From Octopus vulgaris (Eukaryota), in the NCBI GenBank assembly GCA_951406725.2, contig OX597818.1:145948001-146012000 (forward strand): a DNA stretch of 64,000 nt, read 5' to 3'. How positions within the stretch are numbered: the first letter of the stretch is position 1; every line of letters begins with the position of its first letter. Both the position numbers and the translations under genes were made by a program. Shown here piece after piece: positions 39,989 through 52,323 of the stretch. The notes under the pieces were generated by a model. The model did not search any database. It saw nothing but the letters and a program-made list of their open reading frames with translations, and was not told where the DNA came from.

Positions 39989-42358
39989 CTAAAAATATTA
40001 AAGTATGTAAAGTTGATAAGTATTTGATCCCAGGCTGGATTTACATAACAAAATGACAAGAGAGGAAGAGAAATGCTAAGGGGTGGTGAAATAATCTGTG
40101 GAGACACCAAAGATGGAGGAGCTTGATAAGTGAGGCTGAAGAGACTACTGACTATGGTGAGAAGGAATCAACAATAGTGAGGTGACAGAGAGATATGGTT
40201 AAGGGGAAACACTGACAACAGTTGGATAGGAGATAGACAGGCACAACTGGGATATGGGAAGAGACAGTGACATCAAAGGGTAGGAGATTAAGACAATAGT
40301 GGGATGGGAGAGAGACTGTGATAATAGTGAGGTAGGAGAGAGAGATTGTAACAACTACAGGTTAGAAGAGAAAGACTATTATAAAAGTGGTGTAGAACTA
40401 GAGCCCTTAAAATCATATTAAATACTAAGTCTTAGTATCACTAATGACCTACCTTGGTAGTCTTCCTCACATCTACAAGAAAAAAACTGCATCCCAAAGA
40501 CTGACCTGGCTCTACTATACCCACATCTGAAACAATGCAGCTACTGCACATACGAAAATCCAAGACTACCCAAAAGAAAGTCATCAAACTGATTGGCAAG
40601 GTCCCACTCTATCAGAATTATTATAACTGCTAACCCACAGACATGCAGTATCTTCACTCTGCCTCTGAATTTCATGAAAAGTAGTAGCATGGCACTTTCA
40701 GAAAATAATGGACATTAGAAAGTAACCTAAAAAAACAATATATATACATATATATATATCATCATCATTATCATCATCGCTTAATGTCCGCCTTCCATGC
40801 TGGCATGGGTTGGACAGTTTGACAGGAGCCAGCCAGGTAGAAGACTATAACATACTTCTGTGTCTGTTTTGGCATGGTTTTTATGGCTGGATGCCCTTCC
40901 TAACACCAACCACCCCACAGAGTAGACCAAATGCTTTTTATGTGGCATCAGCACAGGTGAGGTCAGTTTTGGCATGGTTTTTATAGCGGATGCCCTTTCA
41001 AATGCCAACCACTTCAGTGTGGACTGGAAGCTTTTTATGTGGCACCAGTACCAGCAGGGTCGCCAAGTAACCTGCAAGTCAAGGAATTTTGAGAGGAGAG
41101 GAGGCATTGGAGGTGGTGATCTTGTGTTAGATGATGAAAGTATAGAGTGTGACAGTGAGACAGAAACAGGTGTCTTGCTATAGAGGTATGGTCATGTGCT
41201 GCAAGAGAGCTGTGTGAAGAAGTGTCCCTCCCTAACAGTGGAATCATCAGGCAACACACAGTACTTGAGGAGACCTATTGAGTCGAGTAAAATCAAAAAT
41301 CAAACCATAATCAAATGGAAATTGTAGTTGTGGCCAATGCCAGTGCCACCCAACTGGCTCCCATGCTAGTGGCACGCAATAAGCACCATTCATGTGTGGG
41401 TCGTTGCCAGTGCCCACCTGACTGGCTCCCCATGCCAGTGGCACATAAAAAGCACCTACTACACTTTCAGAGTAGTTGGTGTTAGGAAGAGCATCCAGCT
41501 GTAGAAACACTGCCAGATCAGATTGGAGCCTGGTGCGGCCTCCTGGCTTGCCAGTCCCCAGTCAAACTGTCCAACCCATGCCAGCACAGAAAACGGACGT
41601 TAAATGATGATGATGATGATAATATAAATACAAGTACAACATCAATTTTGAGGAACAGTTGGTTCTGAAGCCTTTCTAGTTGAAAGTTTTTTTTGAAACC
41701 AGACCTTAAATCAAATTTACTTAAATAATTAAATAAGATACAGGTAACTGTTCCCTCTCTCTCTCTTTCGGAGAGGCACTGAGCAGCTATACGCACACAC
41801 ACACACACGGCAGTAACTCCTGCCTACCGAATTCAATCACAAAGCTCCAGTCGGCTCGGGGCTATAGTGGAAGACACCTACCCAAAGTGCCACACAGTGG
41901 AACTGAACCCGAAACCATGTAGTTCATTAGTGAAAATTAGTGTGGATCATAAAAGGTTCCAGACCATCAGTGACTAGAAAGTTGGTGTTGTACCTGAATA
42001 TAAGCATTGTTTGCAGGTGGTTTCTAATGTACTTAGTTGATAATTTAATAGGATTCTGACCATTAAAAAATAAGATTTTCAAGTAGGAAATAGTGAAAAT
42101 TAACAAATAGTAGCAGTAACCCTGAAAAATAGCAAAACCCATCACTTTTAGCTGAACCTGGCAGCATTTATTGACTTGTAGCAGTTAAAGTTGAAAATGA
42201 ACACCAAAATAACAGGTGTAGAGAATGTACAACAGTTATGGGACAGCTTCTTCCACCTGGCTAAAGTTGAAAGAGAAGAGATAACAACAGGGGGAGTGAA
42301 AGAGAGACTATGACAATAACGGTGGTGGATTTTATTTCCATAAAAAATTGTGACTTAC

Positions 42359-42454
42359 TTCAACTGTGCCAAATAATTCTTCTTTTATTGCACCTCCGCC
42401 AAACTCAGATTTCAAGGTTGCCCTTGTAGCAGCGTATACCATTTTCTCGCGCAC
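42359..42454 (-). CDS. TWF: Twinfilin coding exon (96 bp; [32 protein letters not shown])
   Basis: TAG acceptor, GTAAGT donor, diagnostic [16 protein letters not shown] motif. Confidence 0.96.
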
Positions 42455-42738
42455 CTAGATGAGAAGGAAGTCATCAAAACAAAAGTGAAAAAAAAAAAAG
42501 GAATAGAAACCTCAATAGTAAACATTTATGAAATGTTTATGGGAAAACCATAAAGTAATATTTATTTGTCTTCGAGAAAGGGGACCAAAATTACTTATAC
42601 AGAATGGATCCCTTTTAGAACTGTCGTGATAGAAACGATTATATAAGGCTGTGATTATAAGAGTATCTCTTATGCCACAGTCCCATTGAAAGATTTGAAC
42701 TCAGCACAGCAAAATCATTTGTCAACATCAGTTAATTA

Positions 42739-43110
42739 GGTGTAGGAGTGGCTGTGTGGTAAGTAGCTTGCTTACCAACCACATGGTTCAGTCCCACTGC
42801 GTAGCATCTTGGGCAACTGTCTTCTACTATAGCCTCAGGCCAACCAAAGCCTTGTGAGTGGATTTGGTAGACGGAAACTGAAAGAAGCCTGTTGTATATA
42901 TATGTGTGTGTGTGTGTCTGTGTTTGTCCCCCCAACATTGCTTGACAACTGATGCTGGTGTGTTTACATGCCCGTAACTTAGCAGTTCAGCAAAAGAGAC
43001 CGATAGAATAAGTACTAGGCTTTCAAAGAATAAGTCCTGGGGTCGATTTGCTCGATAAAGGCAGTGCTCCAGCATGGCCGCAGTCAAATGACCGAAACAA
43101 GCAAAAGAGT
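42739..43110 (+). mobile_element. tRNA-headed SINE, family 1
   Basis: Colinear with 976-1385, including the tail GCTCCAGCATGGCCGCAGTCAAATGACCGAAACAAG. Confidence 0.85.
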
Positions 43111-43744
43111 GTTTGCTACTGATGAAAACTGTTAGCAATAATCTACTCATGATTCTTGTCTTTAATAATTCTACCAAACCACTATCATAATGATGATGAT
43201 GGTTTCTAATTTAGGCACAAGGCCAGCAGTTTAGGGTTAGGGTTATAATGAAGCAACCCCAGTACTGGGGTTTTATTTATCAACTCCAGAAGAATGAAAA
43301 ACAAAGTTGAGTTCAGTGAGATTTGAATTCAGAACATTAAAGAGCTGGAATAAATACTTCAAGACATATTGTTTGGTGTTCTGACAATTCTGCCAAATAA
43401 TAACTTCTTACATAAATACAAAGCCAGAAATTTTGCAGAGAGAGAACAGTCAATAATATTGACCTTGGCAAAATTTGAACACAGAACATAAAAATCATTG
43501 GTACTCTCTTTGATGCTCTAATGATTCTACCAATCCATCACCTTGGCAAAAGACTACTAATTTGGTAAGGAAGAGAGACAGATTTTTAAATCAACCCTTC
43601 TTTATTACTTGTAGTCATTTTATCATCACTGAAGGTATCAAATGCTAAAGGTGACTTCAGGGAAATTTGAACCCTGAACAGAAACAAAGAATGAAGAAAA
43701 AAAAAATTCAGTAAAATATTTAATCTGAAAATAATAATACTTAC

Positions 43745-43872
43745 CGGTGAAAAGTCCGGAGACCAAGCAATAAAGAGCCATTCATATCCAAGGTTATTTT
43801 TTGTATCCAAGCGATATAGTAAGTAAGAAGGTTTCTTATCATCCAAATTGGCAAGGACCATTTTATCATAAT
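43745..43872 (-). CDS. TWF: Twinfilin coding exon 3b (128 bp; (D)[42 protein letters not shown])
   Basis: Lies in ORF 43586..43912(-). ADF-H motif [14 protein letters not shown] acceptor preceded by TCCTTAAC; GTAAGT donor at 43744. Confidence 0.93.
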
Positions 43873-44597
43873 GTGAAAGATCTGTTAAGGATATTATATA
43901 TGTCTGTGGCATCTGTTAGTCACATAAAATCATAGATCCATAACCAGGAAGTATTGATTCATAAACAACACACACACATACAGAGAGAGAGACGGGGGAG
44001 AGACAGACAGACAGACAATGAAAATGAGCTGAGAGAAGTGAGTGGCATGAATCTGGGCTACAAAGACGTAAGTTAAATGACATCCATAATAAATTCTTGA
44101 TTTTAATGAAATTATATCTTCACTTCAAGCAAAGATAAAACAAACACCTAGTGGCAACTGCAACAAACTCTGAACAAAGAAGGGAGATAATCTCAAGGAA
44201 TCATTAATTACCCAGAATTGACAAGATGGTATAATATCATTACCATCAACAACATTTTAATACCACTTTCCGTGCTAGTATATACTGGACAGAACATCGC
44301 AGACCAAGTCGTTTCTTTTTGGGAACCATCATTCCCATTGACTGGTGTGCTCACACATACTATTTCGGTTAGTTTCTATGGCTGGATGCAATTCCAATCA
44401 CCGACTGCATTACAGAGTATACTGGATACATTTTCTCAAGGTACCAATATCAGAGAGGTTGAGTAGTCCTTGGCAAAACAGGAATAAAAGGACCTCACAG
44501 AACGACACCTTCTCTGCTTATTTACCAAAGACTCTACAGTGTATACTGGCTGCATTTACCATGGCACCAACACTAAAGACACTGCCTTGTTCATATA

Positions 44598-45420
44598 TAC
44601 ATGGGTTGGACAAAATAATGGAAACACCTAGCATCATAGCATCATAATTTTGAAATATCTATAAAACCATCAAAAGCTTGTTTATTTTTATGTATTTTCA
44701 TTTATTATTAGTGTTGCTTAATATGTTTTGCTAAAATTGCTGTTTCTTTTCAGATATCACCAGAAAAAGGTAATTAAAATTCATTAAAATGACAGATCTA
44801 TCGGACTTTCAAAGAGGTCAAATTGTTGGTGCTCATATGGCAGGCGCTAGTGTAACGAAAACAGCCAAAATGTTTGGTGTATCAAGAAGTACTGTCTTGA
44901 AAGTAATGACAGCATTTGAGAAAGAGGGAAAACCTCCTTGTCAAAGCAAAACTCCGGAAGAAAACCAAAACTTTCAGATAGGGACCGTCGGAATTTTACA
45001 CGAATTGTTAGAAAGGATCACAAAAGTACAGCTCCAAAATTACTGCAGAGCTTAATGACCACCTCAAGAACCCAGTTTCCACAAAAACTGTTTGCCAGAA
45101 GTTGCACAAAGCCAGATTTCACAGGAAGGCTTCAATCAGAAAACCATACTTTCAAAAACAAACGTTGCAAAGTGTTTAGAGTGGAGTAAAAACCTACAGA
45201 ATTGGTCCTTAGAGTAGTGGAAGAATGTTATTTTCTTGGACAAGTCATTCCTTTACCATATTTCTGACAATTGGCTGGGTATACATGTGGAGACAACCAA
45301 AAGAAGCATCTGACCCAGACTGCCTTCTTCCAACTGTTAAACATGGAGGATCTGTGATGATCGGGTGTGGGGGGGGGGGGCTATATCTTGGAAATCCACC
45401 AGTCCAATGGTTTCTCTTCA
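44598..45420 (+). mobile_element. 3'-truncated, frameshifted Tc1-like transposon inside the U12 intron
   Basis: Left end TACATGGGTTGGACAAAATAATGGAAACACC; MTDLSDFQRGQIVGAHMAGASVTKTAKMFGVSRSTV (HTH), SGRKPKLSDRDRR, PTVKHGGSVM. Confidence 0.88.
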
Positions 45421-46101
45421 TGCCATTTCTAGCATGTCAAGTCATGTTTATTGGTTCATCTGTCAGGAGCTATTAAAGAGATATCTGCACCCATAAGTCC
45501 AAGCTCAAGAAAAGTTTCCTTCACAGTATTGTCACCACACTAAATAATATTCTTGTCAGGCTGTAAGAAATAGCAGTCAAATCTTCCCTCAAACCACACT
45601 CTACCATCTTCAATAAGGAAGGGTCAGACTGGCCAATAGAATCCTAGATATGTTCATTCATTTATTTTGCATCCATTTTTCTTACTTGCATCTGACAGAA
45701 GAATCTTATTTGAAACCGTTTTACAGCTGGATGACTTTTTAATGCCATCTCTTATCCGTTTCCTAAGTAATAGGTCTCTAATTCAACATGGATTCCAAGG
45801 CACAACGTAACCGGATAATTTATTGACAGGAGAAACTAACACCACCTGTTGCTCTTTCGTATAAGCAATTTCAGATGTAAAAAAAACTACATCGATAAAT
45901 ACACACACACCATCATCATGTAACATCCACTTTTCTATGCTTCTTTAGGTCAGATGGAATTTGCAAAGCAGATTTTCAACAGCCAAATGCCCTTCCTGTC
46001 ATCAACCTTCACCTGTTTCTAAACAAAGTAATATACCCCATACCCAGATATGGTTTTTAAGGAAGACTGGATTACTCTGTACTTTTATAGAGTACAAATG
46101 C

Positions 46102-46241
46102 ATTATTCTTATACCAGAATATTGTTGACAGTGACCTCAAAGTTTCAGCTAGCTAAACCATCATCAAACAGCAGTCTAACAATGACTTAGCTGGCTGAAA
46201 TTCCAAAGTCACTGGCAATAGCATTCTTGTATAAGAATAAT
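46102..46241. repeat. Fold-back inverted repeat with degenerate hammerheads in both arms
   Basis: ATTATTCTTATAC / GTATAAGAATAAT ends; cores TTGATGA..GAAAC..GTC (-) and CTAACAA..GAAA..GTC (+). Confidence 0.8.
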
Positions 46242-47085
46242 AAATGCGTGTATGTGTGAGGGAGAGAGAACTTTTGTCAAGACATCACATGATGGTCGTA
46301 AATAAGCATCAACATCATGCAAGTGAGGTTGTTTCCAGATTTCTGTGGAAAACATGTCTTGCTGTGGGAAAATATTAACTTGCTTCAAAAAAGTTGGGCG
46401 TTAGCAAACTGAAAGGGTATTTGGGCACAGAAAATTTGTCTCAATAAATTCTGATTGACCCATGTAAGCATGGAAAGTGGATATTAAATGATGATTTTGC
46501 AGATGTGTGTGTGTGTGTGCATATATAAATACACACACACACATAGAGAGAGAGTTACATATAACATAGCATTAGCTACTTCTTATTTCATGTGAAAGTT
46601 AGTATTTAGATACAGCTGGTGATATTGAAGTTTTAATTTGTGAATAAACTAATACCATAAGGAATAGTATTTTTATTTTGTCAGTCTTTCATTAAATTTC
46701 TATCTCGAGTATATCATTGATACACATGCATACACACACACACACACATGCACACATACATGCAAACAAATATGATTATAGACATACAAATACACACATA
46801 CAAAGAGGTGCAGATATACACACACACACACACACACACAAGTGCATATAGGACAAATGGTAGATACATACACCATGTCTGTGTGTGTGACACACATACA
46901 AACACACTCAATCACCAAAGTACTGACAGACAAGAAGACAATTACATAAATACACTCGCACCACACAGTTACATTTCTTGAGATATTACAATACTTCTCA
47001 CATCAAAATACCTGACAAAGAAAATACTACAAGGTCCATCATGAACTCAATATATATACCATTATATAAATGCAGATAAGGATAT

Positions 47086-47136
47086 CACTTTTCCAGTCAC
47101 CCTTTGGCAACAAATGTTTCTCTAAAACTAGCTCTT
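47086..47136 (-). CDS. TWF: Twinfilin coding exon 3a (51 bp; EELVLEKHLLPKGDWKS(D))
   Basis: GCAG acceptor after a pyrimidine tract. Exon ends at a U12-type donor ATATCCTT. Peptide matches twinfilin EQLV...W.KDYD. Confidence 0.88.
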
Positions 47137-47586
47137 CTGCAATAGAGAATGAAAAAAGAAAAAAAAAATGAAAAGAAATAAAATTGGAAGATTTTTTAAT
47201 AATTTTTTTAAATGATATTGATTATTAAAAAGAATGGTTTAATTTTTCAATAATAATGAATTTTTTAATACTAATGATTTTTTTAAATAATACTATTTTT
47301 AAAATAACAAAATATTTTTTAATATAATGATTGTTTTTTTTTCAAAATTAAAAATGGTCTTTTTAGATAATAATTTTAATAATAATTTTTGTAAATAATG
47401 AGAACTTAAATCATCTATTTTTAATAATGACTTTTGAAAACTGATTTTTTTAGATGATAATTTTTTTTTTATATAATGATTTATTTAAAGCAAAACAATA
47501 AAAATAGGTTAAAAGCACTCTTAGAGAAAAATGAACATTTTATACAAAATTACAAAGAATAAATGCAAATACATCAGTTATGAAGC

Positions 47587-48213
47587 TTAACCCAATAGCA
47601 TTTAAACAGGCCATATCCGGCTCAAATATTGCACCTGTTTTATGTACAGACTGGCCAAATTCAACCTCTCAAACCTACCCTACAATGTCATACTAAAAAT
47701 AAAGAAGCATATCATCGAAATCTCAACACAAAAAGATAATGCATGGTTAATTCAAAATAATCTGAATGCTAAAGAGTCAAAGTGCACAACTACTGACTAT
47801 ATGGTCAGGATTTCAAACTAAATGATTTTTTTCCTAGTTACTATGGGTGTCATTGTAATTAAAACATTTTTGGCTCACAGCATCAAGTGTCTTTGCATCC
47901 ACTTTACTATTTGTATTTTATGCAGCAGGCGTTCCTGGATTCTTCCTAAAATTTTTCACATCATAGTTTCTTTGCTGACCAATAGATTCTTTGCTAACAT
48001 TCAGATTACTCTGCCAAATGTAATGTTTATTTATTCACATTGTTCTGAATTAATTATGTATTATCTCAAAACTTTGAGATTTCAATGATGTGATTGTTTA
48101 CTTTCAGAATGACATTGTAGGATGATGTGAAAGGCTGAATCTGGCCAGTTCGAACATAAAACAATGTAGAATATTTGGATCGGTTGTGGCTGGGTTAAAC
48201 GTTAAAGGGTTAA
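47587..48213. mobile_element. Two family A MITEs in inverted orientation with ~200-bp spacer
   Basis: 47587-47780(+) and ~47986-48213(-), e.g. CCTACAATGTCATACTAAAA / TTTCAGAATGACATTGTAGG. Confidence 0.78.
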
Positions 48214-49212
48214 GCGCCTAACTCAGAGTCATATTAATTCACTTGTTTGACATCCTCTACATAAATCATGTAAACAAATACAATTCTTAATTTACAAACT
48301 GAGCACAGCTGAATAGACATTCAAAGACAAAATCATCTGCTTCAACAATATGCATGTTTTTAATAATATTTACCCACATTTATTTTTATTCAAAGATAGA
48401 TATGAGAAAATGTCAGTTATCATGGCAGTAAGTATTTAAATAAAATGTAAAAGACACCCTGTACACTTTATGGAGTGGTTGGTATTAGGAAGGGCATCCA
48501 ACCATAGAAACCAAGCCAAAACAGTCTAGAGCCTGGTGCAGCTCTCTGGCTTACCAGTTCCAGTCAAAGTGTCTAACCCACACCAGCATGGAAAATGGAT
48601 GCTAAATAATAATAATAATGATGATGATGACGATGACGACGGTGGCGAAACTGGAGACCTGGCCTGAATGCTGACAAGGGGAACTGAACTCAGCTAAAGG
48701 TAAAGAACCAGATGTTGTCAACTAAGGTCAAGTTCACAGATTAAGTCTACCAACCAAGAACTCAGAACACCAAGATCAGTGAACAAATACAGCAAACCAT
48801 CATGCTTGATACTATAATAATCTTACTAATCCAGTGAGATTTGGACTAGTATTTTATTCTTTTAAGCCCAAAAGAATGGAAGTTAACACTAACTTCAGTT
48901 GGATTTGAACTTAGAGAGCAAAGAATCAAAACAAGAACTAAAATGTCCTTTGCTTTAACAAAACTGCCAAAACAGCTTACCACTCAACCATCCTGGCTTA
49001 GTCTCCTCTTCTCTAAACTATTTTCCTCGTATTTCTTCTCATTTCCTCATTACTTGAACTCCTCACCTTTATTTTTGCCGGACTTTCTCTCTCCAATCTT
49101 TAGCCTCCCTCATTTCATTCACGTTCCACCCCAGACATTTGAACTTATTACTCTAACTCTTCCTCCACCTCCTCTTCATCACTCTTTTAACTTGAATTCC
49201 TTCATCATTTAC

Positions 49213-49434
49213 TTAACCCTTTCATTACTGTATTTATTTTGAGATGCTCTGTGTTTCTTTCAATTACTATAACAAAGTATTTAGTAAAATAACTTAGTCA
49301 TTATTAAGCTAGTGTTAGGAACATAAATTATGACTAAGGTTTGGTGGAAGATTTTAATTCAAAACTTATGAAAACAAGACATTTGTACTCAGAGCCAGAA
49401 CCAGTTTCAGCCGAGTTGGTAACAAAAGGGTTAA
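49213..49434 (+). mobile_element. TTAA-flanked MITE, family B (piggyBac-like ends)
   Basis: TTAA-CCCTTTCATTAC...GTAACAAAAGGG-TTAA; second copy at 62759-62986. Confidence 0.8.
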
Positions 49435-50138
49435 ATACAAGCAGTAACAATACCACTCTCTCTCTCTCACCCACTGCCACACACACACACACACACACAC
49501 ACTAAGACAAAGAGTAAAAGCCCTGTATGCTAGATTTTACATTCCTCTTCATGGCAATTTAACCATTCTTATATCCTAATTGTTGTAAAAGCAAGAAGAC
49601 TATCACCACCTTCCTGAAACTATACATTTTACCTTATAACCAAGTGCATTACTGGTATATACTTTACTGACCCACAGAAACAGAAAGCACTGATGCTATC
49701 ATTACTGATACATAGTAATAAGAATATTGTCGACAGTTTTATATACTTACACAAATACGCATTCATACACTGACATACACAAGCATGCATATATATATAC
49801 ATGTAAATACATACATCCGTACACATCCATAATGCTTATACATGCATACATACATGTATATAGAAACATGCAAGCAAAGTAGTGTCCAGTATGGCTGAGG
49901 CAAAACTAAAAAAACATGAATGTGTATGTAGATGTATGTGTATATATATATATATGGTGTGTGTGTGCATATATACATACACTCACATACATGGGTCAAC
50001 AGACAGACAGATATTGAAATGGGCAGTACTGAAATAACTTCATTTTCCAGGAGAAAAAAACATGAAAAAGAAAAATATCAATTCAAAAATATTAACATTT
50101 CAAGAGGAACACTGAAAATGCTACGGAGGTCAACTTAC

Positions 50139-50216
50139 CATTTTCAATACTCAACTTCATAAACCGTACACCATCACTTTTAGCCTTACCAAAAAAGACT
50201 TTTAATTCCGGAGAAG
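50139..50216 (-). CDS. TWF: Twinfilin coding exon 2 (78 bp; (A)SPELKVFFGKAKSDGVRFMKLSIEN)
   Basis: AG acceptor at 50217-50218, GTAAG donor at 50138. Peptide aligns with the twinfilin N-terminus ([26 protein letters not shown] in human, from memory). Phase 1/1. Confidence 0.92.
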
Positions 50217-51367
50217 CTGGGGACGAAATAAAACAAATATATTAGGAAAAAAGGAGGAAAGAATTTTAAAATATTTCAAATTAGAGATTGCATTTTTCAT
50301 TTAATAGAATCATTATTTTTGTTTTCTATTTCTACTATTAGATTTCTTAAGATATTCCTCAATATCATATACATGTCAATATGTCCAATTCTTTGTAGTA
50401 ATTAATGATATTAAGAAAAATTGAACTCCTGAATGTAGACTACTAAAATACTTTGCTAGAGTAGAGGTTAAGTTCAGTTGTTTAGATAACACTGTATCCT
50501 TTTATTTTTTTCTCTTTTGCAGCTTCTAGTCATACTAGGACACTGCCTTCTGGAGTTTAGTTGAGCATAATGACCATAGTTATATATATATGTGTGTGTG
50601 TGTGTGTATATGAGGGCACATGGCTTAGTGGTTAGGGTGTTGCACTCACAATCTAACAATCATGATTTCAATTCCCAGACTGGGCTGTGCATTGTGTTCT
50701 TGATCAAAGCACTTCATCTCACATTGATCTGCAACCACTTTGACACCTGACATGGTACACCATCCACCTGTTCAGACAACACCGATTTGATGGAAAGACT
50801 GAGCTAATGAGCAGCAGAAACATTTGATCACAATAAACAAATCATTTGCGCAGGTCATTCGACAAAAACTGAACACTCATACGTCGTCTTCAATGAGAGA
50901 GTTTACCCATATAAAAGTGACCATGCAGCACCACGTAAAAGTGCCATGTGACGTCACATAAAAGCGCTTGTGCGGTGTCGCATAAAAGTGCTTGTGCAGT
51001 GCCATGTAAAAGAACTCAGCACACTCTATAAAATGGCTGGCATTAGGAAGGGCATCCAGCTGTAGAAACCATGCCAAATGAGGCTGGAATCTGGTGCAAC
51101 TCCACAGCTAGCCAGCTCTGGTCAAACCATCCAACTCATGCCAGCATGGACAACAGACATTAATGATGAAGATGATGATGATATATATATATATATATAT
51201 TAATTCCAAGAAAGTTAGAGGTTGTGAATCCAACCAATATATTTTGTATGTAAAGCATAATATGTTATACATGTATGTATATTCTTGTAATTGTCATTTT
51301 AGTAAATAAATAAATAAGTCGTCTAAAAGTTGATGAACCACCTATTGATCCCCTCATTTTCTTATTG

Positions 51368-51424
<57 letters not shown>

Positions 51425-51425
<1 letters not shown>

Positions 51426-51952
51426 ATGAAAATCAAAATCAAATCAAATCAAATCAAAATAGATGAACATCAATGGAATTTGTATCTTTGTGGTACCAGT
51501 GCCGGTGGCATACAAGAAAACCATCCGAACGTGGCCGTAGCCAGTACCGCATCGACTGGCCTCCGTGCTGTGGGCACGTAACAAACACCAACCGATCGTG
51601 GCCGTTCGCCAGCCTCATCTGGCACCTGTGTCGGTGACACATAAAAACACCATCCGAGCATGGCCGTCTGCCAGCCTCGTCTGGCACCTGTGTCGGTGGC
51701 ACATAAAAAAAAAAAAAAAAAACACCATCCGAGTGTGGCCGTTCGCCAGCCTCGTCTGGCACCTGTGTCGGTGGCACATAAAATCACCCACTACACTCTC
51801 GGAGTGGTTGGCGTTAGGAAGGGCATCCAGCTGTAGAAACACTGCCAGATCTGAGTGGCCTGGTGCAGCCTTCGGGCTCCCCAGACCCCAGTTGAACCGT
51901 CCAACCCATGCTAGCATGGAAAGCGGACGTTAAATGATGATGATGATGATGA
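51425..51952 (+). mobile_element. 5'-truncated copy of the (GAT)n-tailed retroelement 3' end, inserted in a (TA)n tract
   Basis: Near-identical to 26990-27435. Other copies at about 2390-2560, 9120-9695, 20370-20522(-), 25030-25210, 35483-36030, 38300-38390(-), 40760-41080(-), 41220-41620, 48455-48640, 50900-51183. Confidence 0.85.
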
Positions 51953-52077
51953 TATATATATAGTGTTACACTAAGTGGTGCACAATATCAGGAATTTTGA
52001 CTCGAGTCAAATATAATATTACGGAGATGTACTTGCATAGCAAGTGATTTGATCTGAGATCGTGTGCTGAAACGAAA

Positions 52078-52323
52078 ACAATGGCAGCGTGGAAGGTGTT
52101 TGTAAGCCATTTAAGAAACACACAAAGCCATTCGATTCACTTCAACATTTAAGTTGTCAAAATATTTTCGTTGCTTTAAGGCCGTGACCTGTTTACTGAC
52201 AACAGGTCGCGGCCTTAAAGTGACGAAAATATTTTGACAAATTAAACTTAAATGTTGAAGTGAATCGAACGGCTTTTGTGTGTTTCTTAAATGGCTTACA
52301 AACACCTTCCACGCTGCAATTGT
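52078..52323. repeat. Near-perfect fold-back inverted repeat (~120-bp arms)
   Basis: GCAGCGTGGAAGGTGTTTGTAAGCCATTTAAGAAACACAC mirrored at 52278-52317; a single-arm copy lies at ~30811-30947. Confidence 0.92.

Larger units (their letters stand above)
43873..47085 (-). other. U12-type (minor spliceosome) AT-AC intron of twinfilin, 3213 bp, phase 1
   Basis: Starts ATATCCTTAT (47085). Branch site TCCTTAAC (43891-43884) ends 11 nt before the exon; terminal AC at 43874-43873. Splicing restores WKSDYDKM. Confidence 0.9.

Noticed and set aside
43873-43883. Canonical AG acceptor for exon 3b (giving LSHYDK)
   Set aside because: It lies directly against the TCCTTAAC branch site and adds residues absent from twinfilin; the AC 9 nt downstream fits the U12 consensus and the protein.
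44789-45476. Intact or domesticated transposase
   Set aside because: Frameshifts, stops and 3' truncation; the same holds for both mariner copies and the RTE ORF.
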